A DNA stretch of 62,931 nt, filler included, from Olpidium bornovanus S191 (taxonomy: Eukaryota; Fungi; Olpidiomycota): assembly GCA_017911155.1 (NCBI GenBank). It is 27 parts of 27 records of this genome, joined end to end, with 100 filler letters (N's around TTAATTAATTAA, not from the genome) between each part and the next. Parts side by side here need not be neighbours in the genome. Positions count along the whole stretch, not along the records: positions 46,166 to 47,419 come from JAEFCI010013470.1; positions 47,520 to 48,717 come from JAEFCI010007120.1; positions 48,818 to 50,138 come from JAEFCI010011753.1; positions 50,239 to 51,505 come from JAEFCI010007842.1; positions 51,606 to 54,318 come from JAEFCI010004320.1; positions 54,419 to 57,384 come from JAEFCI010002706.1; 21 more parts are not named here. One strand, written 5' to 3'. Under the pieces are notes generated by a model. That model had not been told where the DNA came from and ran no database searches. It saw only the letters and a list, made by a program, of their open reading frames with translations. Shown here piece by piece: positions 46,380-57,484 of the stretch. The position numbers and the translations under genes were made by a program. The first letter of the stretch is position 1. Every line of letters starts with the position of its first letter.

Positions 46380-47290
46380 CCCCCCCCCCCCCCTTCCCCC
46401 CCCCTCCCCCCCCCCCCAACCGCTTCACCGCCTTCCTGACTGCGTGCCTCCTCTTCCGACGCGCGCGTTATTCCCCAGCCGTCATCGCGCTGGTCGTCTG
46501 GGCACTCGGCCGCGTGCGCATGCGCCGCCGCAAGAGAATGGTGGTTTGACGCGCGGGTCGACCACCCGCCGGCTACCCACGTCGACGACACCATATCCGC
46601 TCTTTTTCCCACCTGGGCCGGCGGGAGCTGGAAGTTTGACGGTTGAAGTTGCCGCTCGTCATATCCGTATCCATATATCACAGCCATCGCCGAGATTCCA
46701 TTTTTTTTTAAGCTTTCCGCCGCCTGAAGCCCGGTCGTCGACAGTAATTGCCCTCTTGCCGGGATCTAACTTCGTGCCACTCCCCTCACTGGACTAAGCA
46801 TCCGTATATCACGTAATGCCCGGCGCCTTCAAGCCCTGAGAATGATTGTACTTGAGCATCGGGAAAGAAGATTATTGTCGTGGCCCAAACCTTTGGGTGG
46901 GGCTGGGGGCTGGGTTGGACGCCAGTTGTGCGCAAGAGGGAGCAAGCAGGAAGAAGGTGTCAAACCGTAAATCCGTAGAACACGTGACCATTCCCGTATC
47001 GTAAACAAAAGACTCCTTCGCAGACCGTCCTTCCTTCGTCACCGTCATTTTTTAAAAATACAAAGGATTCAACCATAGGAGGCGTCGGGGCAGCGGTCTC
47101 TTCGTCGTTGCACCTTTTCTTCTTTCCAAAGAAGGAGGGGGGTGGAAGTGGTGGTCGGCCGGGATTGTTCGTGTGCTGATTGTGAGCACGGGTGGGAGGG
47201 CGTAAATTGGCTTGTGTTTACTTATGTGCTTGAGCAAAATTAGAGAGTAAAAATGGAATGAATTGCGTTCGCTTTTCCGCGTTTCGGAAA

Positions 47291-47395
<105 letters not shown>

Positions 47396-47519
47396 AAAGG
47401 CCGTTGTGGGCGTCAGCGGNNNNNNNNNNNNNNNNNNNNNNNNNNNNNNNNNNNNNNNNNNNNTTAATTAATTAANNNNNNNNNNNNNNNNNNNNNNNNN
47501 NNNNNNNNNNNNNNNNNNN

Positions 47520-47823
47520 CATGGGCCCGCAGGCGCCCTCGAACGGCGACACTTATTCCTATGCGTTTGCGGATCGTCCCCGCCCTCGGGAAACGCCTTG
47601 GCAACAGCAGAATCCCGAGGTCTACCACAACGGCAGGGCGCAGCCGCCGATGTTGCCGCCCGTTTACGGCAATACGAGAGCCGGTCCTTTCCAGCAGCAG
47701 CAGCTGCCGTATCAATCTGCGGGCCGCGGCTCTCACTCATCGCAAGGACGGACGGCTCCTTATTATCCCGGACCATCGTCATATGGGACGCCGTACAACC
47801 GCGATCAGCAGGGCCGCTGGTAG
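47520..47823 (+). CDS. Terminal exon of an unknown protein, Q/P/G/Y/S-rich low-complexity tail
   Basis: Open from the contig start to TAG at 47821-47823: ...PWQQQNPEVYHNGRAQPPMLPPVYGNTRAGPFQQQQLPYQSAGRGSHSSQGRTAPYYPGPSSYGTPYNRDQQGRW*. An AT-richer 3' UTR-like region follows. Confidence 0.45.
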
Positions 47824-49269
47824 ATAACGAGAGAGAGAAAGAGAGAGAGAGTCCCTGGAAGTAATGGTTAATTGTTAACTAATAACTAAGTTATAATCGA
47901 TGCCTCAGCCTGTCTGCGACTCGCCTAAACAGCCGATGAGAATCTCAATATTTTGTTTTTATTTTTATTGTACATTAACATGTTAGTTGCACCACGGGGG
48001 CGTGTGCTCGGTCGAAGCCGGCATCTGCTTCGTGTCATGCCACACCAAAGACAGCTTGGTCAGAAACCGCAAATAAACGGCCAAGTAAGATTCCCACCGC
48101 AAACATGGAACAGAGGATTCCCGCATTTGAAAGCCGCGCCGCGGCCTGACAACCGGGTGGCCCCACGTGCGGCGGCGAAACGCCGTTGTCCGGCCAGGCT
48201 GGGCGTTTGTAGTGTTGTTGTTTTCATATTTTTGCGTGCGTACGGGAGCGCTTCTGGGGACGTTTTCGCCCACAGAAACTTACGGCCTCCCGCTCCCACG
48301 ATCCCGCACCCCCTTTACCGGCGGGGGCCTCCCCCCCCCCCCCCCCCCCCCCCCCGCCCCCCGCCCACTTCCGGGATTGCGCACCCGCACCGCATGCCGT
48401 TGTTCGTCCCGATCCTTGGTTTAACGGGAGCACAAGGAGGGGGGGGGGGAGGGGGGACCGATTGTTGATAATTTTGGAGGCGGTTTGGAAGCCAGAGGGA
48501 GGAAGGGGAATACGAGGCACGTACCGTAAGAAAAAGACCGAAAACGAAGTTGTTTTCCGAGTGTGCCGTCGCTATCTACTTCAGGCCTTTTTATGGCATG
48601 TTTTTAATAAAGATTCTTCAGGGAAAATACAAGGGCTGAAGTAGACGGTGCAATCACGGCTCGGATCTCTTTTACCCTATTTTCTACACTAAGCCTCACC
48701 TAGCGCACCTAACGTCCNNNNNNNNNNNNNNNNNNNNNNNNNNNNNNNNNNNNNNNNNNNNTTAATTAATTAANNNNNNNNNNNNNNNNNNNNNNNNNNN
48801 NNNNNNNNNNNNNNNNNCATGCAGGTAGGGACTGAGAGGGGAGCGCGTCGAGAAGGAGAAGGGGCCCAAAATATCGACTCATTTCGCTGCGGAACCGAGC
48901 TGCGGAGAAGAAATAAAACGCGTGAACACAACGCGTGGCCCGTGGGCGGAGAAAGGGCAATGTTGAGGGCTGCCAATTGGTATATAGAAACCTCGGGTGA
49001 GAGAGAGCAGAAAAGAGCGAGCGCAGTTAGCCCTACCGTTCCCTAGAACGAGGACGCATCGGTCTGAGTCACTTTGGGCCAGAGAGAGATAGAGGAATAG
49101 AAGACGTGAACAAACGGAACGGAACCTGTGGATCGCCCGGAGATTTTGAGAGAGAAAGAGAGAGAGAGAGCGAAGCGGCCTTTCCCTGTCACTTGCATTT
49201 CCCCTTCAAGCCTAGAGAAGCCCTGGGGCTTAACGACTGACTCCGCTTCCCGATTAAAGTACAAAACTA

Positions 49270-49445
49270 GTACAACAACGTGCGCACGCAATTCGTGAGA
49301 CACGCTGTATCAGAAAGAGCAATCGAACTCCGGCACGTCCCCATCGCATCAAACAGTGCCGACACGCTCACGAATGCACTGGCATGGCCTTGCTATGAAG
49401 GATGCCGCAAGGAAATGGGCGTCAACACCATTCACACCGCCCAAT
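49270..49445 (+). pseudogene. Degenerate Copia RNase H C-terminus
   Basis: *YNNVRTQFVRHAVSERAIELRHVPIASNSADTLTNAL...RKEMGV corresponds to KHIDVRYHFVR...I.L.HV....N.AD.LTK.L...R..MG. Confidence 0.75.
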
Positions 49446-49788
49446 GAACGGACGGCAGAAACATTTGTTCCTATCATCTACCTTCCTCCCACCGTCTTCC
49501 TTTGTTTTGTTTTGTTCCCACACATGATATGCGCCCGTGATGTCTCCTTCCCACTGTCCCTTTACCACATCCCGGCCGAGAGGGCGCGTCACACATAATT
49601 CCGTCGTACACATATTTCTCGTATAGCTAAGCTCCACCTCACCTGTAACACGCGAAAAGCAAGAAGCGTTGAAGCGAACGACTTTTTATTGCGTGTTCGT
49701 GATCGTTGTACATCAGCTTTCGAAGCTGTCGGAAGTACAAGGGAAAAATTTGCTTTGAAGTCGAACTACGGAGCTGAAGGGACGCTAT

Positions 49789-50138
49789 TTATGCCCGTCG
49801 ACGTCGACGGCCAGCTTCGTTCTTCGATGACGCGTTTGTTGACACGGTGCGTCTGGTCCCTTCCCGCACGGTCGTGGTTACCACGCGAGGCTCCGAGCTT
49901 TCGTGCGCGTGCGGGCGGTATCGTTTGCCCAGGGGGGGAACGATGGTTGGCGGGCAGTATTGTTCACCCAGGGGGGGGACGATGATTGACAGGGAGCTTC
50001 CGCGTGTGGCGTTGGGAAAAAAGGGGGAGAGCTTTTCGATTGGCGGGCTTCGAGGGGGATTTATTCCATTGGCCGGCCCCCGGGTTCGGGGGCCGTCTTG
50101 CCCTCGAACCTGCTTCGGTCTCCGCCTCCTCGTTCGCC
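49789..50138 (+). repeat. Dispersed repeat, copy 2 (homologous to 33992-34297, opposite strand)
   Basis: Same collinear blocks as copy 1; runs into the gap. Confidence 0.85.
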
Positions 50139-51050
50139 NNNNNNNNNNNNNNNNNNNNNNNNNNNNNNNNNNNNNNNNNNNNTTAATTAATTAANNNNNN
50201 NNNNNNNNNNNNNNNNNNNNNNNNNNNNNNNNNNNNNNCATGACAACGGGAAGATTGTGTGGACTGATCACCCCGCCCAAGCCGTGCGGCGGGGCGCTCC
50301 GGCCGTGCCGCGCAGACCGAGCCCCTGGCGCGTGAGTCCGCGGCCCGCCTCTGTGCCGCATCCTCAACGGCCCCGAACGCAGGATGATAAACATCTCGTC
50401 CGCCGGGCAGGGCAGCGGCGGCCCTCGTCGGCTCTTCCAACTGCTGGTCTGGAGAACGCGTTGGGATATCACGGGATTTCGCGCGACGAGCCCGGCCCCC
50501 ACGGGAAGGTCGGCCCCCGGATTCTTAATTACGCTTGCACAGCGACAGGAAAAACTGTCCTTCCATCTTTCGTGGGGTCATTTCATCCGGCGTTGAAAAA
50601 CTACGGAAACGGGAGGGGTTTGGGGCCGTGGGGGGGGAAGGCGGAGAGTAGGTGGAAGGGAGGTGTAATGGGGCGGAAGTGGCATCGTTCTGTCGCCATG
50701 GCCAATGCTGCCGTGGGGTTACTTCGAAATCCTGCGGCACTCAACGGCCTCCTGCGTGTCCCCGCGTGTCCCCGCGTGTAAAAACATGTCAATTCAATGG
50801 TTAAATTAAAGCGTCAATCTTTTTTCGAGGGATTGTGCACTTCGTCGGTGGCCCAGAGAGGTCGTGAATTCTGGCTGCGGATGCTCTCCCGTCCCCCATC
50901 CCCGCGGCGTTCTGACAAGCGCCGGTTCGCGCGCCCCGAACTGCCGCCGTGCCGCCGAAATCGCAGTTCGGCAGCCGTTCGACAAAAAGTCGGAAAGCCC
51001 GCGGCGAGCGCGTCCACCAGATCCTTCGAAACAGGGCCCTTCGGTCTTTG

Positions 51051-51418
51051 CTACGCGGCCGCTCCCGGCGGCGCCTGGGCTGGAACCTTTTGAGCCGTGC
51101 TGGCCCCCGCTCCCTTCCCCCCGCCCGGACACGGGCGGCGCGCCCCGTCCGGCGCGTGCTTTTCCTTCTTGCGGCTCGAGTCGCGCGCGCTGCGGCGCGC
51201 ATCGGCGCCCGGTTGGTTCTGCTTCTGCCCGTGCGGTTGCGGGTGATTCTGGTGCTGCTGCGCGCTCGAATCGTCGTCCTCGCCTGCTTCGTCGTCCGCC
51301 GGTCGAACGACGACGTCGGGGCGGTCCGACCACAGCGTGTAGCCCGGCTTCGACGCGACGAGGCGTTTCGAGGCGCCGCACTGCGTGCAGGACGTCACGA
51401 CCGCGGCCTCGGGTTTGC
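51051..51418 (-). CDS. RPR2: RNase P/MRP subunit Rpr2/Rpp21-like, last exon
   Basis: After the acceptor CCCCGGCAG: KPEAAVVTSCTQCGASKRLVASKPGYTLWSDRPDV, matching the Rpp21 second CxxC plus the LWxDRP motif. Confidence 0.65.
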
Positions 51419-51674
51419 CTGCCGGGGACGGTGGTGGAAGTGTCAGGCGGGGACGGCGGGAAGAGGAGGGGGGGGTGTGGGGGGGGGGGGGGGGGGGGGG
51501 GAAAANNNNNNNNNNNNNNNNNNNNNNNNNNNNNNNNNNNNNNNNNNNNTTAATTAATTAANNNNNNNNNNNNNNNNNNNNNNNNNNNNNNNNNNNNNNN
51601 NNNNNCGATGTTGACGACTACGGCGGCGGCGGCAAGAGGCGAGACGCGGATAATCCGGCGGACCCCCGAAAAAA

Positions 51675-51707
<33 letters not shown>

Positions 51708-51933
51708 AAAAAACAAAAAACAAAAGCAAAGCTTCGCCCACCGCGACTCCCGAAGAAGGGGGGAGGGGCCGGAAAGTGTCATGCTCGGTGAGCGCCGGGG
51801 AGGGGAAAGGGGAAGCGGGGCCATGGGGCTGGGGTCCGAACTCGACCCCGCACAGCCGTCGCGTCGTTTCATTTTTTTCGTTTTCTTATTTTATTTTACT
51901 TTTTTATTTATTTTTTTCGCGCCCCTGGCCGAA

Positions 51934-51981
<48 letters not shown>

Positions 51982-52029
51982 ACCCCCCCCCCCCCCCCCC
52001 CCACCCCACTCCCCCCCCGCCCGTCACCC

Positions 52030-54220
52030 GTTCTCAGACGTGCGCGGGTCTTCGATCCAGCAGAAGCGCCGCGCCGCGGTGCCGGGGCAGCCGCCGCACC
52101 GGAAACCGCTCGGCGCCAAGCTCGCCGTCGGCGCCGACTCAGCGTTCTCCGTCACCGCAACGTGCGCGCGCGGACCCGAAAGACCCTTCCCCGGCAGTTT
52201 TTTTTTTTTTTTTTTTTTTTTTTGTTCTGTTCTTTCTGCGTTTGTGACGCGCGCGCACGCGCGTAAACACGCACATCCACACACACACTCGCTCTCTCTC
52301 ATTCTCTTTCCTCCTCCCGCGCGCAGCGGCGGCGCTTCAAAGCGGCCGACCGCCGTTCTCGGGACGGTCACCAACAGGGCCCGCCACAATGCGGCATCGC
52401 CGTCGCCCGTCCCGGCGCTGCCGCCGAAGGCGGCGCCCGGCTCGCGCGCGCGCGCCGCTCCGCGGCTGCCGGCGGGCGCCGAGTTCGCCGTGCCGGCTTT
52501 CCACGTCCCGGGACACCACCGTCCCGACGCGGCGTTCGTCGCGGCCCTGCACCGGAGCGCGGTGAAGATCCAGCGCTGGTACCGCGGCGTGCTCGAGGCG
52601 AGGCGCGCGGCGTCGGCGCGCATCGCGGAGATCAAGAGGCGGGCGCTCGTCAGCGGCAGGGTCCGCTTCATGTCGAGAGTCCGGACCGCCGGGCGGCCTT
52701 CCGGCCCGCGGGATCCCGAGTCCCAGGAAGAGAAGCGGCGGAGGAGAGCGGAGAAAGCGCGGCTGGCGCGGCAGGTAACAAGAAAAAGAAACAGCTCCGC
52801 CCCGCCCCGTCCCGTCTCCTCCCCTGCCCGCCGCGGCCGGAAAAAAAAAAAAAAAAAAAAAGCCTGACGCCGAGGCCGGTTCTTTCGCGGCAGGAAGCGC
52901 TTCGCGAGCTGCAGGAGAGCCGCGCGCCTCCGCCGGCGGCCGCTTCGCGGAGCGGCAGCCGGGACAGCCGCCGGTCGGCGGCAGGGCCCGCGCCCGCCGG
53001 CGGCGCCCGGTGCGGCACTCCGCTTTCGCTGGGCGCCGGCGGCCACGCGGGGGCCGGTGAAGCCGGCGGCGAGCGGAGCCCCGAAGACGTCGAGCCGGGT
53101 CCGTTCCTCTGCCGGTCGGCGTCCATTACGTCACTGGAGGAGTTCGTGGCGGCCGAGCAGTCGGTCGCGCTCGCGCCGCGGCCGAGGTCTCCCGAGCCCC
53201 GGACCCGGGGACCCGCGGACGAGACGGAAAGTCCAGGCGAGACAGCGCCGGAGGGAAACCGCCCGAGTTCCGGGGGCGAGGAGAGCGGGGAACGCGTCGA
53301 GGGGAGCCCGGCCGGAGGGCCCGCCGCGAAAACGTACGCCTGGGGCGAGGACCGCCCGTGCAGCGGCGGCGGCGGCGGCGTGCCGACCGCCGGATCCCGC
53401 GGCCAGCCGGGCGCAACGGAGAACGGGCGCCGAGGTCGCCCGCCGGCCGTCCGCCCGTTTTTCCCCGACGACCAGGACGACGACGCGGCCCCGCCGTATT
53501 CGATCGCGCGGTACACCTGTTCCCAGGTCGCTCCCGGCCGCACGGAGACGATTGGCGTGATCTCGGAACTCAAGGTCGTCCCGGCGCCGCCGCAGCCGCC
53601 GCCGCCGGAACCCAGGGCCAGACACGACACGCTGGACACCGCCTCGGTCACGTCGAGAGCGGCCATGACCGAGACCACCGTCGCGAACGACGAGACCACG
53701 ACGGACAGGAGGATCGACCGCATCCTCGAATATCTGAAAAACGTCGAAGAGGCGGACGCGAAGGACACGGCGAGCGCGAAGCAGCCGGCGCCGCGCGCGA
53801 GGGAAGGCGCTCAAGAGCCGCACGCCGGGTGCGCGGCGGCGGACCTAAACACGTGCGTCCCCGGACGTTTTGGGGGTGAACGCCCCCCACCCCGCGGGCT
53901 GGGGCCTGGGCAAGGCGCTGTTTTTCTCATTGTCGCGAAATGCAAATGCCAGTGCGGTTGACCTCCAGCAGCGAGCGGGGCCGCCCGGATCTGGTACGAG
54001 CCCTGACTACCGGCGGCGGCGGCTGCGGGGAACGTCGGGCCCGCGACGGGAAACGATTTCTGACCGCCCCGGCGCCGCACCGCAGCTGCTTTCGAGGGCG
54101 TGAGGTCGAAGATCATTGGCCAACAGATCGAGATCGAGGAGAAGACCCGCATGCTCGTGCTGCTCCGAAAGGAGCTCAAAAAGCTGAAGGACGTCACGAA
54201 AGAGCAGGACGAGCAGCAGT
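52030..54220 (+). CDS. CEP131: CEP131/AZI1-like centriolar satellite protein, partial multi-exon
   Basis: IQ-like SAVKIQRWYRGV; EEKRRRRAEKARLARQ|EALRELQE; RRIDRILEYLKNVEE; mini-exon 53952-53992 restores the phase into AFEGVRSKIIGQQIEIEEKTRMLVLLRKELKKLK, the start of the coiled coil. This motif order parallels CEP131 (from memory). Confidence 0.62.
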
Positions 54221-54429
54221 GAGGGCGAATTCTCTGTTCTTCTCGTTGGCCGTCGGCCGGAACGCATCTCCGCCGCGGGGGACGGGCTCCTCGAAGCGGG
54301 CAGCTGATCTTGGCACCCNNNNNNNNNNNNNNNNNNNNNNNNNNNNNNNNNNNNNNNNNNNNTTAATTAATTAANNNNNNNNNNNNNNNNNNNNNNNNNN
54401 NNNNNNNNNNNNNNNNNNCTCGTATTTGT

Positions 54430-56800
54430 GTATCCTTTAAGGTGCACGAGACTTTAGATTTGGGTACCAGGAGTACCCCTCAGGAGGCCACAAGCAAAAG
54501 TGACTCCCAGGAAGTGTTTGAAAACATAACCCTGCATGGATTTGGGGCAACCGGTGAACCGCAGGCCCCTTGGTCTAACCGGGACAGCACATCCCGGACG
54601 TGTCGTTCATGATCCTCCGCCGTTGCTGAGAAGATCAAAATGTCGTCCAAGTACGCGAGGACGCATGAGTCGAGGGTGCCCAGAATCTGGTTTACCCACC
54701 TTGAGAAGGTTCTGGTGCATTGGTGAGGCCAAATGGCATCACCAGCCACTCGAAGTGGCCATAGCATGTATTGAACGCCATGAGGGGGACTGACGCTGGG
54801 TCAAGACAGATCTGGTAGTATCCTGACATCAGATCCAAGGTAGTGAAGAAGTTGGCCACCTTGCAATCGTTGTCAAAGTTCATCGATTCTAGCGATCAGA
54901 ATTGCGGCTTTCACCATGTGGAGGTTAAGGTGGTGGTAATCCACGCACATACACAACTAATCAGTTCCTGGTTTCTTGACAAACAAAACTGGGGAGCCCA
55001 ACACGGAGGATGCCTGTCGGATATGTCCTGCCTGAAGGAGGTCTGCAAAATGGCGTTTCATCTCGTCCAGCTCACGTGCCAAGCAGTGGTATAGCGGTGC
55101 TGATTTTGGTTACGTCGCCGGCAGGAATTCCAGACGGTGTGATGCCGGGCGGTAACTCCGCCAAGGGCTGTAACTTTGTCAGGAGCAGTCGTGGGAAGTC
55201 TGCTAAAATGCGGCGAAATGGAGAAGGCGCCGGAAACTTTGCTGTCAGCCGGGCAGTCAAAGATTGGTTGGCTGTTCGGCTTACCAGCCCCTGCGGGCGG
55301 GTCCTCCGGGAGTGGTGGCTCGCTGGGCTCTGTGACTGGCGTGAGTTGATGAACCGAGGCAATGGTCGGGTCGAAGGACAAGGCGTTTGAACAAGGCGTG
55401 TGGGTTGTGTCGTCGCAGCCAGGGTTGTACCATGATTAGATCTTCTTGGATGGCAGCCGGGAGAAGCGGTACTGTCTGGCAACTTGTGTCACCTGTCAAA
55501 TCTATAACCATGATTGGGAGGTGTGTCGAGGCAGAGGTCTGTTCTGTGTGACCGTCAGCATAACGAAGTTTTGGTCCCCGGCCCACCAAATGCACCCCTA
55601 AAAATGGTAACAAAACTTTGTTCACAACATCCAAGGAAGCTCCGCTATCTATGAGTGCTTTGACCGGGTGGTTGTTAATTTTGGCGTCTAGGCGGAGAAG
55701 CTTATGGCTCGTGGGCGGAGGACCAGGGGAAATGGTAGGCGATTGCCCCTGGCTCCGGCAGAGTCAACTGGACTCCCGTTGTTCAATTCCCTCGACGACG
55801 GTTATGCGGTTGGGGCGGGATGGGCACGATGCCGCCGTGTGACCAGCCAGTGGTTGTAGACAGTAGACGCAAGCGGCGTGGTCCAAACACCAATTTTTCT
55901 GGCCGGCGTCAGCTTGGTGGGTGTTGAGCTGGCGGAGCGTGGCTGTCGGGCGACCGGCTGTACGGGGCGTCTGGCGGTATTACCGCCAAGGCGGAGGTGA
56001 TCCACGGCCTGGACGAGCGCCTCAATGGTAGCGGTAGCAGACGTAGCGGCGGCGGTAGCAGGAGTAGCATGGACAGGGTTCGAGATCACAGAGATTTGGT
56101 CCAACTCCATTGGTGTCAAGCCCTGAGGCGGCGGCTGCGGGCGTGCGGGAACTCGCAAACATAATTGCATCATACGTGGTGGATATGCGGACGGCGTCGT
56201 CTAAAGTTAGAGGATCCCGAACTAGCACCTGCGCACGTGTACTTGCGTTTAGACCGCAGATGAATCTGTCCAGCGCTTCCTCCGGGCTGACCCCCTCGAG
56301 TTGGAGGAGAGGGTTGTGGAAACGGCTGGCATACTCGGGGACGGTGGTCCGTTGCACACAGCATGCTAGTTCATCTCGCAGGAGCCGTTGATGATTGTGT
56401 GAGGGAAAGTGTTGGTGAAGACGAGTCAGGAGGTGTTCCATGTCCTTGAACGGTGCCTGTTTGGATTGAAGGCGGAGCCAGTCTCTGGCCACGCCTGAGA
56501 ATAATAAACCGACAGCGAGGACTTGGCTGGCGGCCGGGACTGACGGGTTGCGGAGGGTCACGTACAATTCTACTGCATCCACAAACTCGTTGACAACTGC
56601 GGCCTTCCTGGTGCCATCATGTTTCTTTGGTTCCGGGACTTTGATACCGTGGAGCGGCGGCGTATCCGACGGCGGTGGGCAGGGCTGGGCGACCGATTGT
56701 TGTTGTTGCAGACCTGCGCGGAGCTGTTGGAGCTCACGAACAAGAGGAAGCCTCCTCAGCCGACAAGGCGCGGGGCTGGCCCATCGGCAGACTCGTGGTG
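54430..56800 (-). mobile_element. Degenerate Ty3/Gypsy retrotransposon (gag, protease, RT)
   Basis: gag GIKVPEPKKHDG...TVPEYASRF...EALDRFICGL...PLTLDDAVRI, PMELD; protease ALIDSGAS, YADG, DLIMVQPWLRRHNP; RT PVLFVKKP, CVDYHHLN, TLDLMSGYYQI, FEWLVMPFGLTNAP, VLAYLDDILIFS. Frameshifts and stops throughout. Confidence 0.94.
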
Positions 56801-56896
56801 CGCAGTCAGGTTCCTTGTTACCCTGAAAGGCTGGCAGTTACGCGGTGGCGTGACGGCGGGTAGCAGAAAGGTGACGAACAAACAAGCGTCTCTTTT

Positions 56897-56944
<48 letters not shown>

Positions 56945-57048
56945 CGCCCGGGGTTTTTTCTGGGGGGTTTTTTTTTTTTTTTTTTTTTTTTTTTGTGTTG
57001 GGGGGGGGGGGGGGGGGGGGGGGGGCGGGGGGGGGGAGGGGGGGGGGT

Positions 57049-57084
<36 letters not shown>

Positions 57085-57181
57085 GCGACGCTGTGCCTTT
57101 TTTTTTCTTTGCTTCTCTCTCACTCGCTCTGGGGCGTGTGCGGTTTTGCGTTGCGGGTGCGTGTTTTTTATTTTTCTCTTT

Positions 57182-57221
<40 letters not shown>

Positions 57222-57254
57222 CCGCCCCTCGGACCACAGTCGGCCCCCCCCCCT

Positions 57255-57384
57255 CCGCAACATCATGTCCGAGGGGTTATCTTTGGAATCGACCCTCTCG
57301 ACGGCGATGGTTCAATCTGCAGCGCACTGGCGAAGGTGGTGGTAGCGTATGTCTATGTGCTTGGATCGCCTGGATGTCTTGACA
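57255..57384 (-). pseudogene. Copia RNase H C-terminal remnant, related to the element at 3940-6030
   Basis: VKTSRRSKHIDIRYHHLRQCAAD*TIAVERVDSKDNPSDM versus VKISKRSKHINIKYHHLRRCAADGIIRIEHVSSTSNLADV. Confidence 0.85.
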
Positions 57385-57484
57385 NNNNNNNNNNNNNNNN
57401 NNNNNNNNNNNNNNNNNNNNNNNNNNNNTTAATTAATTAANNNNNNNNNNNNNNNNNNNNNNNNNNNNNNNNNNNNNNNNNNNN

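Noticed and set aside
46166-46687. 189-aa minus-strand ORF
   Set aside because: Runs through poly-G and poly-A tracts; at most a few small exons of an unknown gene, not supportable.
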